From the sequence record NZ_CP020440.2: a DNA stretch of 64,000 nucleotides. One strand, given 5' to 3'. The DNA is from a plasmid. The notes under the pieces were generated by a model. The model ran no database searches, had not been told where the DNA came from, and saw only the letters and a program-made list of their open reading frames with translations. Below, piece by piece: positions 21,465 to 32,570 of this stretch; position 1 is the stretch's first letter; every line of letters starts with the position of its first letter. The position numbers and the translations under genes are program-made.

Positions 21465-23312
21465 TTACTCGACCTGGCTGACGTCGCGGACGGCGCCGCG
21501 CGCGGCGTTCGTGGTCAGCGCCGCATAGGCGCGCAGCGCCGGCGAGACATGGCGCTTGCGGCCCTTGGGCTTCCACGCATCCTTGCCGCGCGCCTCCATC
21601 TCCTCGTGACGGCGGGCAAGTTCCGCATCGTCCACCACCAGCCGGATGACCCGGTTCGGAATGTCGATCAGGATCCTGTCGCCCGGCGCGACCAGGCCGA
21701 TCAGCCCGCCCTCGGCCGCCTCGGGCGAGACATGACCGATCGACAGCCCCGAGGTGCCGCCCGAGAAGCGCCCGTCGGTAATCAGCGCACAGGCCTTGCC
21801 CAGGCCCTTCGACTTCAGATAGCTGGTCGGATACAGCATCTCCTGCATCCCGGGCCCGCCCTTGGGGCCTTCGTAACGGATGACGACCACATCGCCTTCC
21901 TTGACGTCGCCGCCCAGGATCGCGACCACGGCGGCCTCCTGGCTTTCATAGACCTTGGCGTTGCCTTCAAAGACCAGGATGGATTCGTCCACGCCCGCTG
22001 TCTTGACGATGCAGCCCTCGGGGGCAAGGTTGCCGTACAGAACGGCCAGGCCGCCGTCCTTGCTGAAGGGATGCTCGGCATCGCGGATCACGCCGCCGAC
22101 GCGGTCCAGGTCCAGTTCTTCCCAGCGGGTGGACTGGCTGAAGGCCTGGGTGGTGCGCACGCCGCCAGGCGCCGCGCGATAGAATTCGCGCACGCTTTCG
22201 CTGTTGGTGCGGCCCACGTCCCAGCGGTTCAGCGCATCGGCCATGCTGGGCGAATGGACGGTGGGCAGGCTGGTGTCCAGCAGCCCCGCCTTGTCCAGTT
22301 CGCCCAGGATCGACATGATGCCGCCGGCGCGGTGCACGTCCTCCATGTGGACGTCGTTCTTGGCGGGCGCGACCTTGCACAGGCAGGGCACGCGGCGCGA
22401 CAGCCGGTCGATGTCAGCCATGGTGAAATCGACCTCGCTCTCGATGGCGGCGGCCAGCAGGTGCAGCACGGTGTTGGTCGATCCGCCCATGGCGATGTCC
22501 AGGCTCATGGCGTTTTCGAACGCGGCCCGCGTCGCGATGGAGCGCGGCAGCGCGCTCGCGTCGTCCTGTTCGTAATAGCGCCGCGCCATGTCGACGATGG
22601 TGTGGCCCGCCTCGCGGAACAGCTTTTCGCGGTCGGCATGGGTCGCCAGGACCGAGCCGTTGCCCGGCAACGACAGCCCCAACGCCTCGGTCAGGCAGTT
22701 CATCGAATTCGCGGTGAACATGCCCGAGCACGACCCGCAGGTCGGGCAGGCCGCTTCCTCGATCGCCTGCACTTCCTCGTCGGTATAGGATTCGTCGGCG
22801 GCGACGACCATGGCGTCCACCAGGTCCAGCGCGACCGTCTTGCCGCGAATCTGCGCCTTGCCCGCCTCCATCGGCCCGCCCGAGACAAAGATCGCCGGGA
22901 TGTTCAGCCGCATCGCGGCCATCAGCATGCCGGGGGTGATCTTGTCGCAGTTGCTGATGCAGACCAGCGCGTCGGCGCAATGGGCGTTGGCCATGTATTC
23001 CACCGCATCCGCGATCAGCTCGCGCGAAGGCAGTGAATACAGCATCCCGTCGTGGCCCATGGCGATCCCGTCATCGACCGCGATGGTGTTGAATTCCTTG
23101 GCGACGCCGCCCGCGGCCTCGATTTCACCGGCGACCAGCTGGCCCAGGTCCTTCAGGTGGACGTGGCCCGGCACGAACTGGGTGAAGCTGTTGGCGATGG
23201 CGATGATCGGCTTGCCGAAATCGCCGTCCTTCATGCCTGTGGCGCGCCACAGGCCGCGTGCGCCGGCCATGTTGCGGCCGTGGGTGCTGGTGCGGGAACG
23301 ATATTGGGGCAT
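21465..23312 (-). CDS. ilvD: Dihydroxy-acid dehydratase
   Basis: This is the internal Met of ORF 21465..23369, [53 protein letters not shown]... with [11 protein letters not shown] and [18 protein letters not shown]. It is the 616-aa IlvD/EDD family. Confidence 0.9.
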   Translation of the reverse strand: MPQYRSRTSTHGRNMAGARGLWRATGMKDGDFGKPIIAIANSFTQFVPGHVHLKDLGQLVAGEIEAAGGVAKEFNTIAVDDGIAMGHDGMLYSLPSRELIADAVEYMANAHCADALVCISNCDKITPGMLMAAMRLNIPAIFVSGGPMEAGKAQIRGKTVALDLVDAMVVAADESYTDEEVQAIEEAACPTCGSCSGMFTANSMNCLTEALGLSLPGNGSVLATHADREKLFREAGHTIVDMARRYYEQDDASALPRSIATRAAFENAMSLDIAMGGSTNTVLHLLAAAIESEVDFTMADIDRLSRRVPCLCKVAPAKNDVHMEDVHRAGGIMSILGELDKAGLLDTSLPTVHSPSMADALNRWDVGRTNSESVREFYRAAPGGVRTTQAFSQSTRWEELDLDRVGGVIRDAEHPFSKDGGLAVLYGNLAPEGCIVKTAGVDESILVFEGNAKVYESQEAAVVAILGGDVKEGDVVVIRYEGPKGGPGMQEMLYPTSYLKSKGLGKACALITDGRFSGGTSGLSIGHVSPEAAEGGLIGLVAPGDRILIDIPNRVIRLVVDDAELARRHEEMEARGKDAWKPKGRKRHVSPALRAYAALTTNAARGAVRDVSQVE

Positions 23313-23420
23313 GGGTCTATGGCTCGTCTGGATTGGTTTTGGCTGGCCGCGACCATAGACCCTTGGCACTAGGTTGTGAAATATATTATTATGGCCTGAT
23401 TAATTCACCACAGGATATGA

Positions 23421-24320
23421 ATGGCCATCGACCTGCGCCAGTTGCGCCATTTCCTGACCCTGGCGCAGACCCTGCATTTCGGCCGCGCGGCCGAAATCCT
23501 GGGCATGACCCAGCCGCCGCTGAGCCAGTCGATCATGGCGCTGGAGCGGGAACTGGGCGCAGCCCTGTTCCTGCGCTCCAAGCGCAGCGTCGCGCTGACC
23601 GAATTCGGCCGGCAATGGCTGGACCACGTCCGCCCGGCGCTGGCCGCCGTCGAGGCCCTGCCCGAGATCGCCCGCCAGCTGCGCGAGGGGCGCGCGGGCC
23701 GGCTGTCCCTGGCCTTCGTCAGCACCGCCGATTACAGCATCCTGCCGCGCCTGATCCACGATCACGCCCTGGCCTATCCGGGCGTCGAGATCGAGCTGAT
23801 CGAGGCGACCAGCGACCGCCAGTTCCAGGACCTGGCCGAAGGGCGCATCCATGCAGGCATCGCCATTCCGCCCGACACCGCCCTGCCGCCCTCGCTGGAT
23901 TACCGGCCCCTGCTGCGCGAGCCGCTGATCGCCGCCGTGCCGCAGGACTGGCTGGACGGCAAACAGATCCTCGCCCGCGCGGGGAGGATCGCGGGCGAGG
24001 ACTGGATGCGCCACCCGCTGGTCATCTTTCCGCGCAGGGTGGCGCCTCGGTTCCATGACCTGATCCTGGGCCATTACCGGGGGCGGGGCCACCAGCCGCG
24101 GATCCGGCAAGAGGCGATCCAGATGCAGACGATCATCAGCCTGGTTTCGGCCGGGATCGGCATGGCGCTGGTGCCGCAGTCGCTGCGCAGCCTGGCGCGG
24201 ACGGGCGTGCGCTATCTGGACATCGACGACGCGCCGGTGCTGGAAACCGGGCTGGTCTGGCGGCGGGGCGACGATGCGCCCACGCTGGCCGGGCTGCGGC
24301 GGCTCGCTCTGGGCGAATGA
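23421..24320 (+). CDS. LysR-family transcriptional regulator
   Basis: The N-terminal HTH is MAIDLRQLRHFLTLAQTLHFGRAAEILGMTQPPLSQSIMALEREL. It is divergent from ilvD, and the intergenic region between them is AT-rich. Confidence 0.85.
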   Translation: MAIDLRQLRHFLTLAQTLHFGRAAEILGMTQPPLSQSIMALERELGAALFLRSKRSVALTEFGRQWLDHVRPALAAVEALPEIARQLREGRAGRLSLAFVSTADYSILPRLIHDHALAYPGVEIELIEATSDRQFQDLAEGRIHAGIAIPPDTALPPSLDYRPLLREPLIAAVPQDWLDGKQILARAGRIAGEDWMRHPLVIFPRRVAPRFHDLILGHYRGRGHQPRIRQEAIQMQTIISLVSAGIGMALVPQSLRSLARTGVRYLDIDDAPVLETGLVWRRGDDAPTLAGLRRLALGE

Positions 24321-24323
24321 CCC

Positions 24324-25103
24324 TCAGGCGGCAAAGATCGCGTCCAGGATCTCGGCCTCGATGGCGGCCAGTTCGGCGCTGCCCCGGGTGACGGGCCCGA
24401 CGCGCAGGATCTCGGTCTCGTTCAGGATGCCGCCCTGGCCCAGGACGATGATCCGGTCCGACAGGGCCACCGCCTCGGCCACGTCATGGGTGACCAGGAC
24501 GGCGGTGAAGCCCGCGCGGTCGTGCATGTCGCGGATGAGGTTCTGCATGGTCAGCCGGGTCAGCGCGTCCAGCGCGCCCAGGGGCTCGTCCAGCAGCAAA
24601 AGCCCCGGATGGCTGACCAGCGCGCGGGCCAGCGCCACCCGCTGGCGCTGCCCGCCCGACAGTTGCGCCGGCCAGAAGTCCGCCTTGTCGGCCAGTTGCA
24701 CCGACTCCAGCGCCTCGGCCACCGCCTTCGGGTCGGGCCCGCCGCGCAGGCCCACGGCCACATTGCCCGCGACCGAGGCCCAGGGCAGCAGGCGCGGTTC
24801 CTGGAACATGATCCGCAGCCGGTCCCCGGCCTGATGCGCGGGTGTGCCGTCCACCGTCACGCTGCCGACCGAAGGCCGGTCGAGCCCGGCGATCAGCCGC
24901 AGCAGCGTGGACTTGCCGCAGCCGCTTTTGCCGACGATGGACAGGAACTCGCCCGGCCGCACCGTCAGATCCAGGTTGGCCAGCACCCGGTTGCCGTCGA
25001 AGCTGCGGCTGACATGGCTCAGGGCGACGGCGGCACCGGCACGGTTTGCGCGCAGCATGGGCGGCACCGCGATGTCGCGGGGCAGAAGCTCAGCGGTTTG
25101 CAT
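24324..25103 (-). CDS. ssuB: Aliphatic sulfonate ABC transporter ATP-binding protein
   Basis: GKSGCGKSTLLRLIAGL ... LSGGQRQRVALARAL ... LLLDEPLGALD. It is the last gene of the ssu operon. Confidence 0.8.
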   Translation of the reverse strand: MQTAELLPRDIAVPPMLRANRAGAAVALSHVSRSFDGNRVLANLDLTVRPGEFLSIVGKSGCGKSTLLRLIAGLDRPSVGSVTVDGTPAHQAGDRLRIMFQEPRLLPWASVAGNVAVGLRGGPDPKAVAEALESVQLADKADFWPAQLSGGQRQRVALARALVSHPGLLLLDEPLGALDALTRLTMQNLIRDMHDRAGFTAVLVTHDVAEAVALSDRIIVLGQGGILNETEILRVGPVTRGSAELAAIEAEILDAIFAA

Positions 25104-25908
25104 AGGCGGGGCTCCATTTCAGGGCGCGGCGTTCCAGCGCGCGGGTCAGCGTGTCCGCCAGCTTGCCAAGCGCCGCGTAAAGCAGGATCGACAGCACGAC
25201 GACATCCAGCACCATGAATTCGCGCGCCTGCATCGCCATGTAGCCCAGTCCCGACGAGGCCGAGAGCGTTTCGGCCACGATCAGCGTCAGCCACATGATG
25301 CCCAGCCCATAGCGCAGCCCGACGAAGATCGAGGGCAGCGCGCCCGGCAGCACGATGCGGCGGAACAGTTGCCGCCCGTTCATGCCATAGGCGCGGCCCA
25401 TCTCGATCAGTTGCGGATCGACGTTGCGGATGCCGTGCAGCGTGTTCAGGTAGATCGGAAAGAACACGCCAAGCGCGACCAGGAACAGCTTGGCGCCCTC
25501 GCCGATGCCGAACCACAGGATGACCAGCGGGATCAGCGCCAGATGCGGGATGTTGCGCACCATCTGCAGGGTGCTGTCGGTCAGCGTCTCGCTGATGCGC
25601 GAGGCGCCGTTGGCGACCCCCAGCGCAAAGCCGATGCCGCCGCCGACGACCAGCCCGGCCAGCGCCCGCGCGGCCGAGACGCCGAGATGGGTGAGCAGCT
25701 CGCCCGACAGCGTCATGCGCACGGCCGTGGCCAGGATCTCGGACGGGCGCGGCAGGACGCGGTCGCCGATCAGGCCGGTCGCGCCGGCGATTTCCCAGGC
25801 CAGCAGGATGGCAGCGGGCACCGCATAGGGCAGCAGCGCGCGGCCAGGGGGCAGGCCCGGCCGCCATCCGGCCAGGCGCTGCACGTTCAGGGTTTCGGCA
25901 AGGCTCAT
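25090..25908 (-). CDS. ssuC: Aliphatic sulfonate ABC transporter permease
   Basis: It is 272 aa with six TM segments and a binding-protein-dependent permease signature (EMGRAYGMNGRQLFRRIVLP). Confidence 0.8.
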   Translation of the reverse strand: MSLAETLNVQRLAGWRPGLPPGRALLPYAVPAAILLAWEIAGATGLIGDRVLPRPSEILATAVRMTLSGELLTHLGVSAARALAGLVVGGGIGFALGVANGASRISETLTDSTLQMVRNIPHLALIPLVILWFGIGEGAKLFLVALGVFFPIYLNTLHGIRNVDPQLIEMGRAYGMNGRQLFRRIVLPGALPSIFVGLRYGLGIMWLTLIVAETLSASSGLGYMAMQAREFMVLDVVVLSILLYAALGKLADTLTRALERRALKWSPAYANR

Positions 25909-25919
25909 GGACTGTCTCC

Positions 25920-26915
25920 TCAGCTTGCGGTCTGCGGGGTCCAGACGACCGAGGCGATGTCCAGCTGCCGGGGGATGATCCCCAGCTTGAAGAACTCGTC
26001 CGCGACGCCCTGTTCATAGGCGATGTGCTTGGGCTCGACGAAGCCGACCAGCCCGAGGTCGCTGCCCTTGCGCGTCAGGAAGCGGTGCATGACGGCTTCC
26101 GACAGGCCGGTTTCGCGGGCAAAGGTGCGGGTCGTCGCGTCCAGGTCCTGCTGCCCCTTCTGGCCCACCGCCTGCACGGTGCGGACCAGCTGGGCGACCA
26201 GTTCGGGGTTTTCCTTGGCATAGTCGCCGTTCGCGGAATAGAAGTTGTAGTCCTGTTCCAGCCCCTCGGTCGTGCGCAGGACACGGGTGTTCGGGCGCTC
26301 CTCGGCCATGGCGAAATAGGGGTCCCAGATCGTCCAGGCGCCGATCGCGCCGGCGTCGAAGGCGGCGATGGCGTCGGGCGGGGCCAGGTCCTGGGGCGTG
26401 ATGTCATCCAGCGTCAGCCCCGCCGTTTCCAGCAGCCTGATCGTGGCGTAATGGGCGGAACTCCCGCGCTTGAAGGCGACCTTCTGGCCCTTCAGGTCGG
26501 CCACGGTCCTGATCGGTGAATCCGCCGGCACCAGGATCGCATGGCCTTCCCGCGAGCCCTGGGCCGCGCCCACGAAGACCAGGTTGCCGCGCGCGGCATG
26601 GGCAAAGATCGGCGGCACGTTGCCGGTATAGCCGAAGTCCAGCGCGTTGGCCGACAGCGCCTCAAGCAACGGCGGGCCCGAGGTGAATTCGGACCAGCTG
26701 ACGTTGATGCCTTGCTGGGCCAGCGCGTCCTCGAAGGCCTGCGAGCCCTTGACCAGGCCCAGAAGGCCACCCTTTTGCCAGCCGACGCGCAGCGCCTTGG
26801 CGGGGGCGGCGCGCACCAGCGCCGGGGTGGCCAGCGTCGCCAGGGCGGCAAGCCCCAGGCCCAGGGCGGCGCGGCGCGAGACTGTCGTGGTCGTCGTCAT
26901 GGTCTGTCCTTTCAA
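25920..26915 (-). CDS. ssuA: Aliphatic sulfonate ABC transporter periplasmic binding protein
   Basis: It has a Tat-like signal (SRRAALGLGLAALATLATPALVRA) and is NMT1/SsuA-like. The true start may be the ATG at 26900. Confidence 0.75.
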   Translation of the reverse strand: MKGQTMTTTTTVSRRAALGLGLAALATLATPALVRAAPAKALRVGWQKGGLLGLVKGSQAFEDALAQQGINVSWSEFTSGPPLLEALSANALDFGYTGNVPPIFAHAARGNLVFVGAAQGSREGHAILVPADSPIRTVADLKGQKVAFKRGSSAHYATIRLLETAGLTLDDITPQDLAPPDAIAAFDAGAIGAWTIWDPYFAMAEERPNTRVLRTTEGLEQDYNFYSANGDYAKENPELVAQLVRTVQAVGQKGQQDLDATTRTFARETGLSEAVMHRFLTRKGSDLGLVGFVEPKHIAYEQGVADEFFKLGIIPRQLDIASVVWTPQTAS

Positions 26916-27490
26916 AGCGCGCGCAGGATGGCGGGTTCGGGGGCCGAGCGGGACGGCGCGGAGGCGAGATAGGGGGCGAACTGGGTCACCGCGCGGCCAA
27001 GGCGCGCCCGCGCCGCCTCGTCCGCCAGCTTGCCGCCGACGAATTCGCGGTCCGAGACATAGACGCCGGTGGCCAGGCTCTGCGCCTCGAAAAAGCCGAA
27101 CAGCGGGCGCAGCTGGTGTTCGATCACCAGCGCGTGGCGATCGCCGCCGCCGGCGGCCGCCAGCAGGATCGGCTTGCCGGCCAGCATGCCCGGGTCCAGC
27201 AGGTCGAAGACATGCTTGAAGAGCCCGGCATAGCTGCCCTTGTGGACCGGGCTTGCGATCACCAGCGCGTCCGAACGGATCAGCGCGGTGACATGCTCCA
27301 GCGCCTCGGGCTCAAGATCGCCCAGATGGCGCGCGGCGCCCAGCGAGGGGCCAAGGTCGTTCAGGTCAAAGACATGGCCGATGGCGTCGAAGCGCTGGGT
27401 CGCCAGTTCGACGGCGGCTTCCACCAGCGAGCGGGTGCGCGAAGGCGCGGAAAGGCTGCCGGCAAAGCCGGTGATGGTCAGGGTGGTCAT
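26912..27490 (-). CDS. ssuE: NAD(P)H-dependent FMN reductase
   Basis: This is the internal Met of ORF 26912..27499, MTTLTITGFAGSLSAPSRTRSLVEAAVE...ASPVHKGSYAGLFKHVFDLL, a flavodoxin-like fold. Confidence 0.75.
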   Translation of the reverse strand: MTTLTITGFAGSLSAPSRTRSLVEAAVELATQRFDAIGHVFDLNDLGPSLGAARHLGDLEPEALEHVTALIRSDALVIASPVHKGSYAGLFKHVFDLLDPGMLAGKPILLAAAGGGDRHALVIEHQLRPLFGFFEAQSLATGVYVSDREFVGGKLADEAARARLGRAVTQFAPYLASAPSRSAPEPAILRAL

Positions 27491-27516
27491 GGGATGCACG
27501 ACTCCGTCAAAGGGGG

Positions 27517-28962
27517 TCAGGTCGGGCGGGCGCCTCGGGCGTGCTGGCCAAAGGCGGGCCTGAGGATCGGCGCGAGCATGACGCGCCGGGCGATTTCACG
27601 GGCAATGCTGCGGGCGTGGGCGGCACATTCCGGCGCGCCGACCAGTTCGCCCACATGGCCCCGCGCCAGGGGACCGGCGATCAGGATGCGGTCGCTGGTC
27701 CGGCCCTGCGCATCCTGGGCCTTGCAGATCGCGGTCGTGGCAAGACCAAGGCCCAGCGGACAGGGCGCGATCAGCCCCAGACGGGCCAGCGCCGCCAGCG
27801 CGGGATTGGCGCCGATACATCGGTCCTGCGCGGGACCCGTGGTGACGACGATGCGGTCGAAGCGCTCGCGCCGCAGGGTGTCGGTACCGCGCGGCCGCCA
27901 GGTCACATCCGCGCCGCCGTCGCGCCGCTCGGCCGCGACCAGATGGCCGGCGGCATAGTCCAGCCGTCCCTCGTCCAGCAGCCGGGCGATGACCGCCTCG
28001 ACCTGGGGCGCCAGGCGATAGCGGTGGACGTCCCACCAGGTCCGCAGGTGGCGCAGCAGGCGGGCGCGGGCGTCCATGTCCAGCGCCGCCCAGATCTGCG
28101 GCCCCTGCGCGCGCAGCCGATAGAAGGTGGCATGCCAGCCCTGCCCACGCGCCTGGTCGTCGACGATGGCGTCGCGCACCCGGCGCAGCAGGTCCGAAGC
28201 CTTCGTCGCGGGCGGGTCGGTGAAATCGGTGCCGCTGTCCTGGCAGACGGGCCCCTGCGCGCGCGACCGCAGGCCGCGCCGCGACAGGCAGGTGATCTGG
28301 CCGCGATGGCCCTGCCGGTCCAGGGTCGCGATCACGTCGGCGGCGCTCAGCGCGGCGCCCAGGATCAGGACGCGCGCATCCTCGGGGATGTCGGCCAGGC
28401 GCACGGCTTCGCCCGGATCGGGCACCAGCACGGCCGAGCCGGTCAGCCCCGCCACCACCTTGGGCACGGCGGGCGCCGGATGGCCGGTCGCCAGCACCAG
28501 AAGGTCGGCGCGGATGCGGGTCTCGTCCGACAGCACCAGCACCAGCGCGCCGTCGGCGCTGCGTTCCACGTCGCTGACCCGCGCCCGGATGTGGCGGATC
28601 GCGCCGGAGTCCAGGTGCGGCGCCAGCCGTTCCGAGACATAGCGGCCGAACAGCGCGCGCTGCGGGTAAAGGTCGCCGCTGGGGGCGACCGCCTGCGGGT
28701 CCAGCCGCGCCGCATCCTCGGCGATCCATTCGGCGAAGTCGGCGCGGTTGTCGGGGTCGATCGACATGCGATGCGCCGGCACGTTGATGCGATGGGTCGG
28801 ATCGGTCGCGGAATAGGCCAGCCCCCGGCCCAGCTCGGCCCGCGGCTCGACCACGGTGATCCGCGCGGGCAGGGTCATGCCGGCAAGCTGCCAGGCCAGG
28901 CTGGCGCCGGTGAAGCCGCCGCCGACGATGACCACGCGCAGGGGGGACTGGATCGCGTTCAT
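27517..28962 (-). CDS. FAD/NAD(P)-binding oxidoreductase of unknown function, embedded in the ssu operon
   Basis: The N-terminal Rossmann fold is RVVIVGGGFTGASLAWQLA, with a second dinucleotide motif VLILGAALSAADVIATL. It is 481 aa and lies between ssuD and ssuE with 5-nt and 27-nt gaps. Confidence 0.7.
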   Translation of the reverse strand: MNAIQSPLRVVIVGGGFTGASLAWQLAGMTLPARITVVEPRAELGRGLAYSATDPTHRINVPAHRMSIDPDNRADFAEWIAEDAARLDPQAVAPSGDLYPQRALFGRYVSERLAPHLDSGAIRHIRARVSDVERSADGALVLVLSDETRIRADLLVLATGHPAPAVPKVVAGLTGSAVLVPDPGEAVRLADIPEDARVLILGAALSAADVIATLDRQGHRGQITCLSRRGLRSRAQGPVCQDSGTDFTDPPATKASDLLRRVRDAIVDDQARGQGWHATFYRLRAQGPQIWAALDMDARARLLRHLRTWWDVHRYRLAPQVEAVIARLLDEGRLDYAAGHLVAAERRDGGADVTWRPRGTDTLRRERFDRIVVTTGPAQDRCIGANPALAALARLGLIAPCPLGLGLATTAICKAQDAQGRTSDRILIAGPLARGHVGELVGAPECAAHARSIAREIARRVMLAPILRPAFGQHARGARPT

Positions 28963-28966
28963 CGCC

Positions 28967-30160
28967 TCAGCCTCCGGTCACCAGCACGGGGCGCGGGCGG
29001 GTATCGGCGGGCGGGCGATAGTCGTTGCCCACCGTCTCGCCAAAGGGGCCCATGTTCGCGGCCAGCTCGGCCTGCGGCAGCGGATGGTCCAGCGGCAGCA
29101 GCGGCAGCACGCGTTCGCCAAAGCTGTAGGCTTCCTCGAGATGCGGATAGCCGGACAGGATGAAGGTGTCGATGCCGATGCGGCGGTATTCGTCGATCCG
29201 CTCGGCCACGGTCGCGGCGTCGCCCACCAGCGCGGTCCCGGCGCCCCCCCGCACCAGGCCGACCCCGGCCCAAAGGTTCGGGCTGATCTCCAGCTTGTCG
29301 CGGCGCCCGCCGTGCAGTTCGGCCATCCGGCGCTGGCCGACCGAATCCATGCGCGCGAAGGTTTCCTGCGCCTTGGCGATGGTGGCATCGTCCAGCCGGC
29401 TGATCAGGCGTTCCGCCGCGTCCCAGGCCTCGGCGGTGGTTTCGCGCACGATCACGTGCAGGCGGATGCCGAAGCTGACGTCGCGGCCTTCGGCCTCGGC
29501 CAGGCGGCGGACGCTCTCGATCTTGTCGCGCACCTGTTCGGGCGGCTCGCCCCAGGTCAGGTATTTGTGGATCTGCTTGGCCGCGACCGCATTGGCCGCC
29601 TCCGACGAGCCGCCAAAGAACAGCGGCGGGCCGTTTTCCTGAAGCGGCGGGAACAGCAGCTTGCCGCCGTCGATCTTCAGGTGCTTGCCGTGGAAATCCA
29701 CCGTCTCGCCAGCCAGCAGCGCCTTGTAGACGGTCAGGAATTCCTGCGTCACCTCATAGCGCTCGGCATGGGACAGGTGAATGCCGTCACCTGCGTTCTC
29801 GACCGGGTCGCCCCCGGTCACGACGTTGATCAGCAGCCGCCCGCCCGACAGGCGGTCCAGGGTCGCCGTCATCCGCGCCGCCAGTGTCGGCGATTGCAGG
29901 CCGGGGCGCACCGCGACCAGGAACCGCAGCTTTTCCGTCTGCGAGGCCAGGGCGGCCGCGACGACCCAGCTGTCCTCGCAGCTGCGGCCGGTGGGCAGCA
30001 GCACCCCGTAATACCCCAGCGAATCCGCCGCCTGGGCGATCTGGCGAAGATAGGGCAGGTTCACCGCCCGCCCGCCTTCCGCGGTGCCCAGATAGCGGCT
30101 GTCCCCATGCGTGGGCAGAAACCACAGCACCTCGATCTTGTCGGGAACGGCAATGGCCAT
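28967..30160 (-). CDS. ssuD: FMNH2-dependent alkanesulfonate monooxygenase (LLM family)
   Basis: This is the internal Met of ORF 28967..30385, [66 protein letters not shown]..., a luciferase-like monooxygenase. Confidence 0.85.
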   Translation of the reverse strand: MAIAVPDKIEVLWFLPTHGDSRYLGTAEGGRAVNLPYLRQIAQAADSLGYYGVLLPTGRSCEDSWVVAAALASQTEKLRFLVAVRPGLQSPTLAARMTATLDRLSGGRLLINVVTGGDPVENAGDGIHLSHAERYEVTQEFLTVYKALLAGETVDFHGKHLKIDGGKLLFPPLQENGPPLFFGGSSEAANAVAAKQIHKYLTWGEPPEQVRDKIESVRRLAEAEGRDVSFGIRLHVIVRETTAEAWDAAERLISRLDDATIAKAQETFARMDSVGQRRMAELHGGRRDKLEISPNLWAGVGLVRGGAGTALVGDAATVAERIDEYRRIGIDTFILSGYPHLEEAYSFGERVLPLLPLDHPLPQAELAANMGPFGETVGNDYRPPADTRPRPVLVTGG

Positions 30161-30432
30161 GACGCATCCTCTCGCAGCTTTTGATCCGCAGCCCCCAGGG
30201 GCGCGCAGTGATTCATGGCGAAAGAATACCTGTAAAGACGACCGAGTATATAGATATTTGCAGCCTGCCCGCGATTGAGAAAATCCTTCCCCAGAAGCGC
30301 GCCAGCGGGAAAAAGACCTGTCGACACGCACACCGTCAGGGGAAGGATGCTCCTGCCCGGCCATTCCTGTCCCCTGCTTGAGCACGGCGCCCGGGGACCC
30401 TAGAGTGGGTCCAGCAGCCCCTGGATACCGCC

Positions 30433-31260
30433 ATGCCGTCCGTTCCTGCCGATCCCGGCCCGATGACCCGGCGCGAGGCCGAGGTGCGGCGCTTCGTGCG
30501 TCACCGTTTCGGCCTGCGCGGCACGCTGCGCCTGCATCGCGCGGCGCTCGGGTGGGATCTGCTGCGCGCGCCGGTCAACGTGGCCCTGTCGCCGGTTTTC
30601 CTGATCCTCAAGCTGGTCGCCGCCCTTCTGGGCTGGTGCGGCGCGCGCCGCGTCGCGCCCTGGCTGGGATCGCGGCGGATCTTTCTGCCCTCGGACGTGG
30701 CCCGGCAGCTGGAAGCCGACCTGACGGCGCTGGTCGAGCGGCTGGATGCAGAAGGCACGGGGCCCGGCGCGCCCCCGGACGTGACCCGCGCCGCCATCGC
30801 CGCCCAGGCCGAGACGCGCAATGCGGTGTCCGAGATCACCACCTCGGCCCTGGTGCTGCTGGGGGGATTCCTGCTGTTTCACCGTGCGACTCTGGGCGTC
30901 ATGTCGCTGGCGGGGCCGGTCGCGCAACTGCGCGCGCAAAGCCAGGCCATCGCGGATTTCGCCCTGGGCAGCTGGGCCGGACGGCTGTGGTACGGGTTCT
31001 TCCCCACCAGCCTGTCGCCTTGGGAGGTTCTGCTGACCGGCGTCGTGCTGGCCGTCGCGGCCTCGCTGGTCACGACCTTCGCCGGGCTGATCGCCGATCC
31101 GGTGCAGCTTTGGACCGGGGTGCACCGCCGCCGGCTGATGCGGATGCTGGCGCGGCTGGACCGCCAGCAGGGCCCCGCCGGGATCGAACGCGAGCATGTC
31201 CTGGCCCGGCTGGGCGATCTGGGCGACATCGCCTCGTCGATCTGGCGCGGGCTGCGCTAG
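30433..31260 (+). CDS. Hypothetical membrane protein (Arg-rich N-terminus, 3-4 TM segments)
   Basis: This ORF, 30433..31260, is 275 aa. Its codon usage is consistent with its neighbours, and no catalytic motif was recognised. An alternative start is 30463 (MTRREAEV). Confidence 0.5.
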   Translation: MPSVPADPGPMTRREAEVRRFVRHRFGLRGTLRLHRAALGWDLLRAPVNVALSPVFLILKLVAALLGWCGARRVAPWLGSRRIFLPSDVARQLEADLTALVERLDAEGTGPGAPPDVTRAAIAAQAETRNAVSEITTSALVLLGGFLLFHRATLGVMSLAGPVAQLRAQSQAIADFALGSWAGRLWYGFFPTSLSPWEVLLTGVVLAVAASLVTTFAGLIADPVQLWTGVHRRRLMRMLARLDRQQGPAGIEREHVLARLGDLGDIASSIWRGLR

Positions 31261-32570
31261 GTGCCCGCCTGATCGGCAAAGGCGCGCGCCTCGTCCGGCG
31301 CGGTGCCAAGGCCGCCAGCGGCGGTCAGGTCGAGGGCGGGAAAGTCGCGCGCGACCAGCACGGGGAGCGCTGCGCCCGTGGCCCCGGCTTCCTTGCACAG
31401 CGCCTTGATGCGGGACTGCGCCTCGGGGCGCGGCATGTGGCGGGCCAGGGCAAAGGTGAAGGCCTCGGCGTGGATCAGCCCGCTGCCGTCGTCGAGGTTC
31501 GCGGCCATCGCCTGCGCATCGGGGCTGATCGCGCCCGCCAGGTCCTGCGCCAGCGCGATCCCGCGCCCGGCCGAGATGCACAGCTGCGGCAGGGTCAGCC
31601 ATTCGACGAACCAGGCCGCGCCGTCGCGCTGCTGGCGGTGCAGCCCCGCACCCTGGATGGCCCCCGCCAGCGCCACCGCCTGCCGCGCCAGCGCGACCAG
31701 CACCGAGGGGCCGACGGGGTTCTGCTTTTGCGGCATGGTGGATGAACCGCCCGCCCCTTCCAGCCGGATCTCGTTGATGCCGGTCTGCGTCATCAGGATC
31801 AGGTCCTCGCCCATCTTGCCCAGGCTGGTGGCCAGTCCCGCCATCCAGGCGGCAAAGACGCCCACGCGGTCGCGTTCGGCGTGCCAGCTGTGACCCGGAT
31901 CGGCCAGGTCCAGCGCTTGAGCCAGGCCCGCGCGGACCTCGGGCCCCTGCGGACCCATCGCCGACAGCGTGCCCGCCGCGCCCCCCAGCGAAACGGTCGC
32001 CAGGCCCGCCCGCACCTCGGCCAGCCGGGCGCGGTGGCGGATCAGCGGATGGCCCCAGCCCGCGACGACCGCGCCGAAGCTGGTCGGCGTCGCCGCCTGC
32101 CCATAGGTGCGCGCGGCCATCGGCAGCGCCGCGTGCCGGCGCGCAAGCCGCCCCAGCGCGGCGATGAGATCCCCGATCCGTTCGTCCCAGATCTGGGTCA
32201 CGCGGCGCAGGCGCAGCGCCAAGCCGGTTTCCATGATGTCCTGGCTGGTCGCGCCCCAATGCAGGTATTGCGCGTGATCGGGCGCGTTCATTGCCTTGCG
32301 GAAGGCCGCGACCAGGGCCGGGACCGGCACGCCGTTCGTCGCCGTCTCGGCCCCCAGGGCGGCGGGGTCGATCTGCACCTCGCGGCTCGCGCGGTCGATG
32401 AAGGCCGCCGCCGTTTCGGGGATGATGCCCAGGGCGCCCTGAACACGCGCAAGCGCGCCTTCGACCAGCAGCATGGCGCGGATCTCGGCGCTGTCGGTGA
32501 AAAGCGCGGCCGTCGCATCGTCGGAAAACAGGCTGCGGTAGATGGCGCTGTCGGCGGCTGAGGCGGGCAT
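31257..32570 (-). CDS. pcaB: 3-carboxy-cis,cis-muconate cycloisomerase (fumarate-lyase superfamily)
   Basis: GATSQDIMETGLAL ... GSSTMPQKQNPVGPS is the class II fumarase/lyase signature. Confidence 0.85.
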   Translation of the reverse strand: MPASAADSAIYRSLFSDDATAALFTDSAEIRAMLLVEGALARVQGALGIIPETAAAFIDRASREVQIDPAALGAETATNGVPVPALVAAFRKAMNAPDHAQYLHWGATSQDIMETGLALRLRRVTQIWDERIGDLIAALGRLARRHAALPMAARTYGQAATPTSFGAVVAGWGHPLIRHRARLAEVRAGLATVSLGGAAGTLSAMGPQGPEVRAGLAQALDLADPGHSWHAERDRVGVFAAWMAGLATSLGKMGEDLILMTQTGINEIRLEGAGGSSTMPQKQNPVGPSVLVALARQAVALAGAIQGAGLHRQQRDGAAWFVEWLTLPQLCISAGRGIALAQDLAGAISPDAQAMAANLDDGSGLIHAEAFTFALARHMPRPEAQSRIKALCKEAGATGAALPVLVARDFPALDLTAAGGLGTAPDEARAFADQAGT

